DNA of 62,998 nucleotides, filler included, from Octopus bimaculoides (lineage: Eukaryota): assembly GCF_001194135.2 (NCBI RefSeq). It is 9 parts of 8 records of this genome, joined end to end, with 100 filler letters (N's around TTAATTAATTAA, not from the genome) between each part and the next. Parts side by side here need not be neighbours in the genome. Positions count along the whole stretch, not along the records: positions 6,002 to 20,236 come from NC_068999.1; positions 20,337 to 23,567 come from NC_068989.1; positions 23,668 to 30,097 come from NC_068983.1; 6 more parts are not named here. One strand, written 5' to 3'. Within the stretch, counting starts at the first letter, position 1, and the number at the start of each line of letters is the position of its first letter. The notes under the pieces were generated by a model. That model saw only the letters and a list, made by a program, of their open reading frames with translations, searched no databases and was not told where the DNA came from. Positions 10,960 through 23,955 of the stretch are shown here, one piece after another. The position numbers and the translations under genes are program-made.

Positions 10960-11732
10960 GTACACATTTTTACGGACATACATACATACAAAAAAAAACT
11001 ATAGATCATGCACAATTATATACTCATATGTACATTTTTTATTACTTTGTTTACTTCAGATGATTTCTTTGAAGTAGACTTCAAAGAATCCCCACCCACA
11101 CACACACACACATACACACCAATCCCCACCAATATTACGACGTACCAGCTGACCACTTACGCTTTATATTTCTTCTGTAAAGCCTAATATTTTTCATAAT
11201 CAATTTATTGAACCGTCGTCGGTTAGAATTAATGAAATTTGCACCTAAAGGCTATCTTATAAGAAATTCATTTGTATTTTTCATCATCATAAAAATAATA
11301 TAACGACAAAATATGACTACTGGGACAATAGCGTTCCAGAGTTAGTACGTCCCTTGAATAAATATTTACAAATATTGTCATTTCTTTGAAATGCCATATA
11401 AACCGAGAAAATGTATATAAAATACGTTACTATGTAAATAAATAAATAAATAAATAGACTAAACTTAATTGACTTAATAAAATAATGCAATTTCTAAGGA
11501 GAGTTGTAAACACGACCCACCTTATATAAGCAAGAGGCAAAACATCCGGCTGCCTTTGTTGCTGTCACTCGTAAAAAGATGATTCCATAGTTGTATGAAG
11601 TATTGAAGTCGAATTTGAATAGATATGGCTTTTGGGGACATATATATTTCTCAACTGCTTTTTAGATTCGACATATCTCTTCCAGAGGTCAAGAAAGATC
11701 AACTCTACTGTCGATATTTCTGAAATCATAGA

Positions 11733-11935
11733 AGGCGGTGAGCCGACAGAATCGTTAGCACGCCGGTTAAAATGCTTAGCGGCATTTCGTCCGTCTTCAC
11801 GCTCAGGGTTCAAATTCCGCAGAGGTCGATTTTTATCTTTCATCCCTTCGGGGATCAAAAAATTAGGTACCGGTTGAATACTCGGGTCGAAATAACCGAC
11901 TTACCCCTCCCCTAAAATTTTTGGCTCTGTGCAAT
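11733..11935 (+). mobile_element. SINE family A
   Basis: Family A head, B-box and central domain. Confidence 0.88.
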
Positions 11936-12070
11936 GGTTTTAAATTGCTTCAAGCCGTCTTTATTATTTTATATTTATCCCATTAACACTTCGGGAAATC
12001 AGTTCCTGATTTCTGTGACGTTTTCTATAATACTGACAGGCGTGATTTCCACTCCACCACCTGCCGTGGA

Positions 12071-12139
12071 GTAAGCATTACTGACGAGTATTAATTTAAT
12101 ATACAAAATTAACATGTTAATCTAATGCAGTTCGCTTAC
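12071..12139 (+). ncRNA. Type I hammerhead fold with G12A core substitution (position 12105)
   Basis: GUAA-GCAUUA CUGACGA GUAU-UAAUUUAAU-AUAC AAAA UUAAC-AU-GUUAA UC UAAUGC-AGUUCGC-UUAC. Three helices pair; GAAA is replaced by AAAA. Confidence 0.7.
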
Positions 12140-12328
12140 GGTGAGGTATGTTATCTCCTCTGTCAGTTCAAATAGAACATGTGATTTTTCTAGCAATGCT
12201 GGTGCTCATTGCACCCTTGGTCACTTTTAGTGACGATAAATTATTTCTTTTTTTATCTTAAATTTCTTCCAGTCACCTTAATTGTTTCATATTATAGTAT
12301 TATATATATGTGTGTGTGTGTGTGTGTA

Positions 12329-12510
12329 TCAGGACAATTACCTCCCCCATAGGACAATTCCCCCCCGACAACTACCCACGAGGACAATTACCACCTTTGG
12401 TTAATTACCCACTCTCCAATATATTTAGAAATTTTTAAAAATCATCTGTTGTCATCAGGGGCAATTGTCCTTGGCAGGTTATTGTCCATAGCGGGTAAAT
12501 GTCCTAGACT
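12329..12510. mobile_element. Small unclassified foldback/MITE with GGACAATT(A/G)CC subterminal repeats
   Basis: Several ggacaattacc/ggacaattccc units on the left and inverted ggggcaattgtcc/ggttattgtcc/ggtaaatgtcc units on the right. Confidence 0.55.
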
Positions 12511-12516
12511 TATAAC

Positions 12517-12591
<75 letters not shown>

Positions 12592-12609
12592 GGTGCAGAG
12601 ATATAGAAA

Positions 12610-13855
12610 TATGGTGGTGATCATCTTTGTGCAATGTTGACGGATGTGATTCAGAGGGTTTGGCAAAGTGAAGAGGTTCCTCCAGATTGGCGTGATACAA
12701 CTATGGAGATACTTTATAAATCTAAAAGTGGGAAAGATGTCTGTGATAATTATCGCGGCATCTGTCTGTCAGCTGTTACAGGAAAGGTCCTCTGTAGGAT
12801 AATGCTGGATAGATTGCTCCTGCACATTGCTGATGAGGTTCTGCGAGAATCGCAATGTGGCTTTAGGGATAGTAGGAGTACTATGGATATGATATTTTCG
12901 GCAAGACAGTTGCAAGAGAAGTGCATCGAACAGGATATGGACTTATATCATGTTTTCATTGACCTAACAAAAGCGTTTGATTCTATCAACAGAATTGCAG
13001 TTTGGGAGATCCTAAAAAAGCTAGGATGCCCTGAAAAACTTGTGAGAATGCTTAGACAATTTCATGACAAGATGGAAGTGAGAGTTAATGTTGGAGGTAC
13101 CTTATCTGTAGAAAATGGTGTAAAGCAAGGTGACATTCCTGCTCCTACACTGTTTGCTATATATTTCGCAATAGTCTTTCAAATAGTTTTTAAAGATTGC
13201 CTTGAAAGGGTCTATATAAGATATAGGATAACAGGAAAACTGTTCAATTTCAAAAGACTCTGTACCAAAACGAAAGTTCTGCATTCTCACCTTGTTCAGT
13301 TTCTGTATGCAGATAATTGTGACCTGTTGGCACATTCTCAGAAAGATATGCAGCACATGGTGAATGCGATTTCTGCAGCATTGGGTCTAACAATCAATCT
13401 AAAACACCTGTTATAATATACCAGCCCGCTCCCTCCAAGATGTATGTGGAACCTTTTATTACTGTGAATGGTCAAAGGTTGGAGACTGTACCTAGATTTA
13501 TTTATTTAGGAAGTACCTTGAGCACTGCTGATCTTGATGATGAAATTTCATACAGAATCAGTAGGGCTAGTAGTGCTTTTGGTAGGCTTGATAGGCGTCT
13601 GTGGAAATAACATAATATAGCTTCACAAATTAAAGTTAAGGTATATAACACATGCATCCTTCCATCTTTGCAATATGGAAGTGAGGCATGGGTTGTTTAC
13701 CCTAGGCAGGTAAGGCAATTGGAATGATTTCATCAATACTGTCTGAGAAAAATTTGGGGGATAAACTGGAAAATGGCCATTAGTAATGTGGAGGTGCTTG
13801 AGAGGATTGGCAGTAGAAGTATAGAGTCAATGATTTTGCAAAGACGTTTGAGTAT
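12610..13855 (+). pseudogene. RTE-clade LINE reverse transcriptase fragment
   Basis: ORF 12634-13416: NYRGICL, ESQCGFR..RST.DMIF..RQLQEKC, FIDLTKAFDS, GVKQG, GKLFN, YADN. Frameshifted continuation carries F.YLGS and YGSEAW motifs. Confidence 0.93.
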
Positions 13856-13859
13856 CGTC

Positions 13860-14279
13860 TTGGGCAAGAGTCTTCTACTGTAGCCTCAGACCGACAAAAG
13901 CCTGTGAGTGAATTTGGTGGGCAGAAACTGAAAGAAGCCCGTCGTGTATACATGTGTGTGCGTGTGAGAGAAACAGAGACAGGGAGAGAGACAGAGACAG
14001 AGAGAGAGACACAGAGAGAGACACAGAGACAGAGAGAGAGACAGAGACAGAGAGAGAGACAGGGAGAGAGACAGAGACAGAGAGAGAGACAGAGACAGAG
14101 AGAGAGACAGAGACAGAGAGAGAGACAGAGACAGAGACAGAGACAGAGACAGAGACAGAGACAGAGACAGAGAGAGAGACAGAGAGAGAGNNNNNNNNNN
14201 NNNNNNNNNNNNNNNNNNNNNNNNNNNNNNNNNNNNNNNNNNNNNNNNNNNNNNNNNNNNNNNNNNNNNNNNNNNNNNN

Positions 14280-14322
<43 letters not shown>

Positions 14323-14365
14323 GAGACAGAGACAGAGACAGAGACAGAGACAGAGACAGAGACAG

Positions 14366-14398
<33 letters not shown>

Positions 14399-14800
14399 CA
14401 GAGAGAGAGACAGAGACAGAGACAGAGACAGAGACAGAGAGAGAGACAGACAGACAGAGAAACGGAGACAGAGACAGGGAGAGAGAGAGAGACAGAGAGA
14501 CAGAGACAGAGAGAGAGACAGGGAGAGACAGAGAGACAGAGACAGAGAGAGAGACAGACAGACAGAGAGACAGAGACAGAGTGTGTGTGTGTGTGTCCCA
14601 CATCTCATCGCTTGACAACCCATGTTGGTGTGTTTACGTCCCCGTAGCTTAGTTCGGCAAAACAGACTGACAGAGTAAGTAACAGGCTTAAAAAATAAGT
14701 TGTAGGGTCGATTCGTTCGACTAAAATTCCTCAAAGCGTGCCCCAGCATGGCCGCAGTCTAATGACTAAAACGAGTAAAAGATTAAAAATAAAAGATAAG
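13860..14800 (+). mobile_element. 5'-truncated SINE family B with a ~600-bp (GA/GAGACA)n expansion in the middle
   Basis: CORE half at 13860-13960 and 3' half at 14595-14800 flank the repeat tract. Confidence 0.85.
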
Positions 14801-15000
14801 ATATTGTTTGTGTATTCGATATGAATAGGGTGTGTTTACAAAGTTCATATGTATTTTGTAGACGACATTTACATTGTATATTTGTCTAGTTGTGGCGCAC
14901 AGACTGTGTTGATCTAATTATTGCCTGCGCACATTTAGTTTATTCGGTAAGCTGAATGTCTAGTTGACATTTACTGGTAGTGTCTACCTGTTAAATATTG

Positions 15001-15209
15001 GTTTCAAGTTTTGGCACAAGGCCAGCATATTCGGAGGAGAAGGTAAGTCGATTACACCGACCCCAGTACTCAGCTGGTAATTATTTTATCAGCTCCGAAA
15101 GGATGAAAGGCAAAGTCGACCTCGGTGGAATTTGAACTTAACGTAAAGATGGATAAATGCCGCTAAGCTTTTTTTCCGGCAAGGTAACGCTTCTGCCAGC
15201 TCACCGCCT
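15001..15209 (-). mobile_element. SINE family A with 15-bp TSD
   Basis: ACCTGTTAAATATTG (14986-15000) versus ACTTGTTAAATATTG (15210-15224). Confidence 0.9.
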
Positions 15210-15376
15210 ACTTGTTAAATATTGTAATTATAGTAATCGAGGTGGGCGTGCTAATATCACTATAATCTAGAGTTATTGTCTTTATCATTACGATTCTAAA
15301 ATTAATTAAAACATTTTGTCATTCTTGTATACAGTCATTCTGCGACAATGGAGACAATTGAATGATGAGTCTGGTG

Positions 15377-15715
15377 CCGTGGTTCTCAATCGGGGCTCAT
15401 ATAAGATTTTTGGAGGTCCGCGCAAACAAAATAGTAATTTGGGGGTCAACAGTGTTATTTTAAGGGTCCATGAAAAAATTTTGTATTAGATGTATTTATT
15501 GCAAAAAAGCAGCTAGGTTTCTTTTTCTAACGCTTACCATAGTTCAACATTTTCTTGCTAACATATGCAAGCGAACGTGAGAAAAACTAAATAGGAATTT
15601 CGAAAGAAGTATCTAAAAGACTAGTTTTTTTTAAATATCGAATAGCTGTTGGGGTCCACCAGTATAAGATAGTAATCAAAAGGGTCCACAGATAACAAAT
15701 GGTTGAGAGCCACTG
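15377..15715. mobile_element. hAT-superfamily MITE
   Basis: TIRs C(C)GTGGTTCTCAA / TTGAGAGCCACTG; perfect 8-bp TSD GTCTGGTG at 15369-15376 and 15716-15723. Confidence 0.92.
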
Positions 15716-16752
15716 GTCTGGTGTATCACAATTTAAGCAAACTTAGAATAACTCTTAATCGTAACAATTCTGTTTACAAGAGTAAAATATGAATTGTTTT
15801 CAATTGCAAAACATCGCAAATATCGCCATGGTTCAGATACAATTTCACATAACCAAAAATTTGATCTGCCTTCTCTGTCCAGAGCAACACATTACATGGG
15901 TTCCTTATTTGTCAACTGTATTTGAGTAACAGCTTGTGCAGGAAGAGTATTTATTGCATGTTATCGTAAACTAATAGTCAATTTCGAACAAACTTTTACT
16001 AAGAAAAAACGAAACGTTTTTTTTTTTACAGCAAGGTTAATAGGTTCGTCTTTATTCGTGTGTCAACGTTTTCTGAGACAGAATTATGTATGTGTATTTA
16101 TATAAGCAGCTACAGAAAGAAAACGACAAACACCTACCTACAAACTCATTTGTTTCCTTTTACTCACGAGAAAATCATTTTTTAAGGTAACACAAGTGGA
16201 GTGAGAAGTGGGTAGATAAGAAACAGGACGCAAAATGAATGGAAGTAATGAAAAGGAAAAGAAAGGGAAAGAGGAGGGTGAGCGAAATGAAACAAAACAA
16301 CGAAAGATAGTGAAGTAAACTATTGAAAAGAATGATAAATAGGTAAGTAGTTGGAACTAAACGGAAATATGTGATATAAAAACTGATAAAATGTAGGGCG
16401 GGGATACAAACAAATAGTCATTGTCGATAGTCTGTATCAAGAACCAGTTGAAAGTACTGGCAACTCGGGCAGTTGTTCGGAGCACTATATTACAAAGTGA
16501 AAAAGCGTAAATAATAAATAAAACGAAATACAATCAAAATGAATAAAATTATGCGGTCTCCTGACTGAACTAGATACCACAAAAGAATTATTTCTAGATG
16601 AAAAGTTTCTATAGATGCCAATGTCATGCCAAAACTGTGAGTTGTATTATACATTACCAATAGCTGCGGCCACAATAGGGAGAGGTTTTATTAAACTAAA
16701 GTTTATAGGCATATTTACTGTTGTCTTTGACATTTTCCCAATGAAAAATAAT

Positions 16753-16966
16753 CTTTTCTATTATAGGCACAAGGCCTGAAATTCTGAGAGAGGGGGTAAG
16801 TCGATTACATCGACCCCAGTGCTCAACTGGCACGTATTACATCGACCCCAAAAGGATGAAAGGCAAAGTTGGCCTCAGCGGAATTAATACTCAGAACTTA
16901 TAAACGGACGAAATGCTGCTAAGCATTTTGTCCGGCGTGCTAACGATTATGCCTGCTCGCCGCCTT
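16753..16966 (-). mobile_element. SINE family A with probable TSD (tttcccaatgaaaa)
   Basis: Reverse-complement family A sequence with a near-identical flank on each side. Confidence 0.88.
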
Positions 16967-17110
16967 TCCCCAATGAAAAGTAATGTTAACCAGATTGACA
17001 TAGAAGCGTTCTGAAAGTATTTGCAGATCTGAAGTTGAGAGAAAACAAAGATGTTAGGATGATGTATGTTTTTCAGCACTTGTTCTTTTGCTCATCTATG
17101 TGATTATCTG

Positions 17111-19018
17111 GATGCTAGTATAGTATGCGGTCTACCACGTTGTCAAACAGTATAGCCAGGATTATCTACCTTAAACGTTCAGTTAATAATAAAGGAAACC
17201 AATTTTTCCATTATACAGGTGTAAGGGACGACCGTGCGAACTCAAAAAGGAGCAATGGTGACGAATGGAAAAACAGAGGACTCCTTTTATTTAGACGTGT
17301 CACACGGTCGAACACAAAAATATATATATCAATAATGATATAGATGATATGTTATACGACGATAACATAGATGACCAGTAATGAAAGACCACAACCGTAT
17401 TAGATGAATAACAGAGATATTTATTGTAGCGTTAAAGATGTATGTCTGTGTGTGAGTGTGAATGCGACATATAAGAACATTATCAAAGACAGGCCGTCAT
17501 ACAAAGAAAAGTGTGTATGTGAGTGATACATGTGTGTATGAGTGTTTACAGCAGATAGNNNNNNNNNNNNNNNNNNNNNNNNNNNNNNNNNNNNNNNNNN
17601 NNNNNNNNNNNNNNNNNNNNNNNNNNNNNNNNNNNNNNNNNNNNNNNNNNNNNNNNNNNNNNNNNNNNNNNNNNNNNNNNNNNNNNNNNNNNNNNNNNNN
17701 NNNNNNNNNNNNNNNNNNNNNNNNNNNNNNNNNNNNNNNNNNNNNNNNNNNNNNNNNNNNNNNNNNNNNNNNNNNNNNNNNNNNNNNNNNNNNNNNNNNN
17801 NNNNNNNNNNNNNNNNNNNNNNNNNNNNNNNNNNNNNNNNNNNNNNNNNNNNNNNNNNNNNNNNNNNNNNNNNNNNNNNNNNNNNNNNNNNNNNNNNNNN
17901 NNNNNNNNNNNNNNNNNNNNNNNNNNNNNNNNNNNNNNNNNNNNNNNNNNNNNNNNNNNNNNNNNNNNNNNNNNNNNNNNNNNNNNNNNNNNNNNNNNNN
18001 NNNNNNNNNNNATTTATAGCGTTAAGAGGGCTCCAAGACGGTGATAGAATTTTACTCTATCACGTGACCTTATTAGGGGCTGTGATTGGTCAGTTTGCGT
18101 TCTGGCGGGAACGGTTCGAAGAAGTTGCCGATTCGAATAATAATCAGTCACGTGATGACAAGAAATGGGTTCTCTACTACGCTCGCATTTATTTATATTT
18201 AAATGAGAAGATTGTATGTAATGGCGATAGTAGCTTGTATCTAATGGCGGGAGGTAGTTTCACTACACAGGCATTAACAGCAAATTAAACTGCAAGCTGA
18301 GCCTGAGTAAGATTTTAGAACTAATATTTTTCTTTGTCATGGATACACCCATAACCACAGCAGTGACTCTAACAGGAAAATCTACAAATACAATAACTGA
18401 CTGGTACAACATGTACCGCGAGGTGTATGGAGCCATGAACGGTGAGGGAAGATGGTCGGAACAAACGATAAACCCATTCAAATCGATGAAGCAAGATTTG
18501 ATGGTCGACGAAAATACAATCGAAGAAGAATGCTGAATGGCAACAACGTTCCTCTCTTCGAAGACAGTGATGCAGAACCACGAAACGACAGGAACCATGG
18601 ACGTATGATTGATGGGCCGTGGGATTTTGGTCTCAAACAAGGCTCAGACTGTCGATACTTTTGTGTGGAACGGCGTAACGGGAACAGTCTGATCCCAATT
18701 ATTGAGAGAGAATGTGGAAAGGGTTCAGTAATTCATTTAGATGAGTGGCCCGCTTATAATAACTTAAATGCCATAGGTTATCACCATCTGACAGAGGAAC
18801 CATCAATGACATTATGTGGATCCAGTGACCGGAACACACACTCATGCCATTGAGTGATCATGGTTAGAAACTAAAACTATGATTCCTGAAATAGCTGAAG
18901 ATTTTTAATCTCTGAAATATCTGAAGTGTTTTAACTCTGAAGTATCAGGAAATATCTTAAACGTAAGGTAAATAACCCTGTTTGACATCGTGGTAGACTG
19001 CATACTATACTAGCACCA
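17111..19018 (+). mobile_element. Merlin (IS1595/ISXO2-like) DNA transposon, full-length but decayed
   Basis: TIRs G(A/G)TGCTAGTATAGTATG..GTCTACCACG.TGTCAAACAG at 17111-17150 and 18978-19018; (T/A)TATCTG on both flanks; subterminal CTGAA(A/G)TATC repeats; internal N gap 17559-18010. Confidence 0.88.
18339..18890 (+). pseudogene. Merlin/IS1595-like DDE transposase, frameshifted
   Basis: TITDWYNMYRE; IQIDEARFDGRRKYNR; GPWDFG; RRNGNSLIPIIE...GSVIHLDEWPAY; degenerate ERSW after the frameshift. Confidence 0.88.
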
Positions 19019-19387
19019 TAATCTGCTTGTTCATTCATCCATTATACTTTACTTAGTTACAGTGGTGGAGGTGGTGTGAGTGACAAGTGGAGAGGGGGAG
19101 AAGTATGAGCAAAGAAAAAAGAAGTGAGAAAGAAGTAAAGATGTATAATAAGGCCAAATGCGTCACGTGGTTAGTTCAAGGGAGAGGCGAAGAGCGAGAG
19201 AAAAAAGACGGTGAGAGAAAAGAGAGAGAGAGAAGTATTAACGACGTGCTGTAGAGTAGGGAGTGAAAGGTACAGAGTAAGCGATATGTTTAGGATACAA
19301 TATTTAGCAGAGGATGATGTTCTGGTGATGAGGCTAAAGAAAGAGAGACAGAGAGAGATAGACAGGAGTGGCAGTTACATTGAGAGA

Positions 19388-19445
<58 letters not shown>

Positions 19446-19902
19446 CAGACAGCGTTTGCATTGTCAGTAACAGTAAGAAAAAATAAATAGTTGAACTGAA
19501 ATGAAATGAGTTTTGTTACTGAAAACTACAGTGATGATGATGATGGTGGTGGTAGTGGCTTAGGTGGTGGTGGGTGTTGATAGTGAAAGTATCTTTTTAT
19601 TGAACTAAATCTATAATATTATTCTTCTATCTGCTCGTTCACACTTTATGCTTTAGTTTGTTAGAGAGGAGGAGGAAGTGAAGTGAGAGAGATAGGAAGA
19701 GGGAATGTGAGAGTGAGTGAGAGAGCAGATAACCAGCCGATGCATTATGCTGTCACTCATGTGGTTAGTGGAAGTGGGAGGTGAAGAGAAAGAGAGAAAT
19801 CTTAAAGACATGAAGAGGGGAATTACATGGTTAGAAAGTTGGTTGATGTAGAAGAGAAGAGAGAAATACAAAGCACTTAGCAGAGGGAAATTTTAATATC
19901 AT

Positions 19903-20612
19903 CTATCTATAATATATATAAAACAGAGATGTGTGTGTAATCGCTTATCACGTGAAAACGGTTTCACTATTTACTTCCATACTTGTGATGCAGGAATAAT
20001 TTGACCTCGGATAAATCTTAGGCTCTTCATTTGATTTTTTTTATTAAGATAAATAATATTGCTTTATATTTAAGATTCACTTCTTTAAAAATGTTCCTCA
20101 ATGTCAACTTCCAGTAGCCATAATTTTTTCTTCACTTTAACTTCAATCGTTACTGTTCGCACTAAAAGTTTACTCACATTTACTGATGTAAGTAATTTCA
20201 TCATTTACTAACAGAAGTACGGTTTCGTGTTTCCCTNNNNNNNNNNNNNNNNNNNNNNNNNNNNNNNNNNNNNNNNNNNNTTAATTAATTAANNNNNNNN
20301 NNNNNNNNNNNNNNNNNNNNNNNNNNNNNNNNNNNNTTTTAGAGCTCCATGAGCTCCATTTTGCAGGAGCAAAATCTTTTTCACAGGTTCCAGAAGACTG
20401 AAATTTTGGAATATGCGCATAAAGATCAATAGTATGGGATACATGTCTCATGATTAGAATTTTTTAGGGTGTGTAAAGAGGGAAAGAACCCTCATGTGCA
20501 ATTTTGATGAAATTCGAATCATATGTATTCCAGTTCCTTACAGAAAATATAACAGAAAAGTCTCATTTTTCAATTGCATGTAACACGGGCAACGCCGGGT
20601 ATCTCTGCTAGT
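19903..20612 (+). mobile_element. Probable non-autonomous Helitron-like element spanning a spacer
   Basis: TC-initiated TCTATCTATAATATATATAAAAC start near 19903; 3' GC-rich CGGGCAACGCCGGG followed by CTAG near 20585-20612. No TIR or TSD seen. Confidence 0.45.
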
Positions 20613-22776
20613 AGTATATATAAATTAGTAAAATATAAAATATTTATTTATACATAAAAATAGTTGAGGGGATTATGTGGCCATGAGGCAGGCGGTGGCC
20701 CAAAACGTTTGAGAACTTCTGATTTAGATCCATCCATTTTAGTTGAGTTTTAAATCAACTTGAAACATAAAGTGAAGGGCGTGACCAGAAATACATTACT
20801 TTGTTGAGCCCGAGTGTTTAAATTTATATTAAATTTCCATTAAAATCTCAGCAGTAAATTGATGAAGCCCCAGGCAAAACATCACAGTTCATTCTCAGAC
20901 ATAACCAACCTAATTCCTTCATGAAACTTCAAAACCTAAAACTAAAAATATATAAATAAGCGATACTTACTTCATAAACAGTTGTCCTGTACGAGTCACC
21001 TTAGAAGAATATACATCCTGGGTGGGGAACCTTTCTCACACGGAATTTGAAACCGCTCGCTGATGAAATTTATAAAAGATCATATGAAAAAGAAAACGGT
21101 TTAAGCTGTAATTTAATATAAATGCTATATCTACGAGTTGGTAAAAATTAAAGATTCATTATATTTTTCTCAGCAAAGATGCCCCGCCCTCGCGCGCACT
21201 TGCAATTTGCCCCTGGTACTAAAATACTTGCTCTGTTTGCTAGATATAGCAGCTATTTTAAAATTCAGCCGCACCCTAGTATTTCAAAAGAAAGAAAGAA
21301 CACTTAGTCAATTCTAAGTCTAAGTATCTTGTCTGACAAAAAAGACGAGATGGCCACTGTTGGCATGCGTTTGCTCAGTAACATGCTTCGTCAAAGTTGA
21401 TTTGAAACAACAATCGTTGTTCACCACAACTCAATGAGAAAGCCTCAGTGTAGTCGCACAATCTGTTAGAAATAGCTACCAAATGTCCCTCAGATCACAT
21501 TCTAATATCTTAATTACAGATACTTCACATAGGATAATATACTCAAAGATACACAAAGTGGGTTAATGTGCGTGGCCTAGACGTTAGGGTGTATGGCGAG
21601 GTTTTTGTGGAAAACGTCTCCAGGAGAAACCAAAACTACGATTTAAGGTTTGCATAAAGTCCACGTTCAAAGCATGTGAAATATGGGAGGTCAACTGAGA
21701 AAGTAATGCTTATCATTGCCAACGATGGAGGAAACATGTAGCGGAAGGAGTGGGTGTTTCCGAAAATACACGAAATTTTCATGCATAATTTAAATGAGTC
21801 GCTCAAAAGCGCATCGCCAGTGTAGTGAATGAGGAAAGCTTGGTCAGCAATATTTGCGGACGTGTATGTTTATCAAGATATAGACTCGTTAGTGACCACT
21901 AGAGCCACACGGGCATAACATGGATCTGTCTGAGTGCACAATTTTGTTCTTAATAGCCAGTGATGGTCTTCCTCGTTCACGAGGGGACAGCCATCATCAT
22001 TATACATTTTCGTATTGTCGTGTGTATGTACACACACGCGCACACACAAAGGTTGTATTCTGAGCCTCAATGGTTGCCCAATAAACACTGCACTCAATCG
22101 TATTACCAGTGGCACGAAACGTATGGTAGTTCAGACTTAAATCCTTTGTACATTAAACTATATTTATCTCTAACTGGATGGAGCGATAAGCACATTTATT
22201 TTAATTTTTATTTTATTTTTACATATTTTATTTTTACATATATTTTGTACTTGTTTGTGATACCCACTCGCCCTTGCATTATTAATTTTTAATTTTAATT
22301 TACAGTTCTATCGCTTACAAAATTTTCCTCCCACACTTAATTACAAAAAACGGATATTTTTTTATTCGCTGTATTTTTTATGCTTGTTTCCACAAGTATA
22401 AACGTTTTATAATATCCAATTTGTAATTAAGTTTCGATTCGCTTTGAATATTTATGCTTTTTTTATTTTGTCATACTATTCATTTTTCATCAAAAAGATA
22501 CCCGTTATTTTGAATAGGGACAATGTCCAGTCAGCTATACTTTTTTTATCATTTACCATTCATCTTTTAAATTCTGATAAACCATCGTATTGATCTAAAG
22601 GCTCACGGTTGTCTGATTGCGTGAAACTCTGGTGGCAGTTTTTTGTAGTCTTTTCGGCTTCGGTACATTATGTGAGTACGTGCGAGCGCGTGTGTATGTA
22701 TGTGTTTATGTGTATGTGTGTGCGTATGTGTGCGTGCGCGTGGGTCCACAAGTTTGTATAAAACTAACAAACAACC

Positions 22777-22843
<67 letters not shown>

Positions 22844-23404
22844 TACATATATACATATATATGTATATATATATATATATATGTATATATATACGTACAC
22901 AAATTTAATTGTTCTCAGCAAAGGTTAGGCTAAGCATTTAATAACTGCTTAATTAAAATAGATTAATATTATTTTTAGGGAGGTTAACCAGCATTAACAC
23001 TAACAAATTAATTACGTCACTTCAATACACCCACGCATCCGCATAAGCACGCAAAACATACAAGTAAGACATACTCATATGTAGACGCGCTCTCCTTCTC
23101 TCTCTCTCTATTTCTCTCTCACTCTCTCTATTTACCACTCTCTCTCTCTCTCTCACACACATACACACACACACACACACACATGTACATTCTGACACAC
23201 GCTCATACGCTCACGCACACACACACACACACCATAAATACAATAACACTCATCTCTCCAATTCACACAGAAATACTCAAGCACTTATATATTTCACCTA
23301 CATTCATGTACACACAAATCAAACACCCACACGCGCACACATGCATGTATGTATGCTTATATATTTAAGTGTGTGTGTGTACATGTTTGTACATATATAT
23401 ATAT

Positions 23405-23439
<35 letters not shown>

Positions 23440-23667
23440 TTCAATAGACACATAGAAGTGAACAATCATAAATACAAGTATATAAACTAACATATATGTG
23501 TGTATGTCCGTGATATATAATTGATATATGCATATATATACATATAGACAGAAAGATAGATAGATAGNNNNNNNNNNNNNNNNNNNNNNNNNNNNNNNNN
23601 NNNNNNNNNNNTTAATTAATTAANNNNNNNNNNNNNNNNNNNNNNNNNNNNNNNNNNNNNNNNNNNN

Positions 23668-23718
<51 letters not shown>

Positions 23719-23921
23719 GACAATTACAATAATTATGGTGACTGGTACATCTGCATATATTTTATTTTTATTTTTACAGTTACAGCATAATTGGTTTAGG
23801 TATGACCAACATGTATTTTTGTTGCATAGAGAATTAGCAGTTGTTTTTGCATCCAGCTATTTTCAACTATGTGCCTTTATTCAAGGTCTGTCTACAAATG
23901 TGGTTTGAAGCAAACTGATCG

Positions 23922-23955
<34 letters not shown>

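Noticed and set aside
18888-18960. CTGAAGA...GAAA motif
   Set aside because: Explained by Merlin subterminal repeats; no stem II.
21873-22115. Protein-like peptide YNDDGCPLVNEEDHHWLLRTKLC
   Set aside because: No acceptor site or homology that I can recognise.
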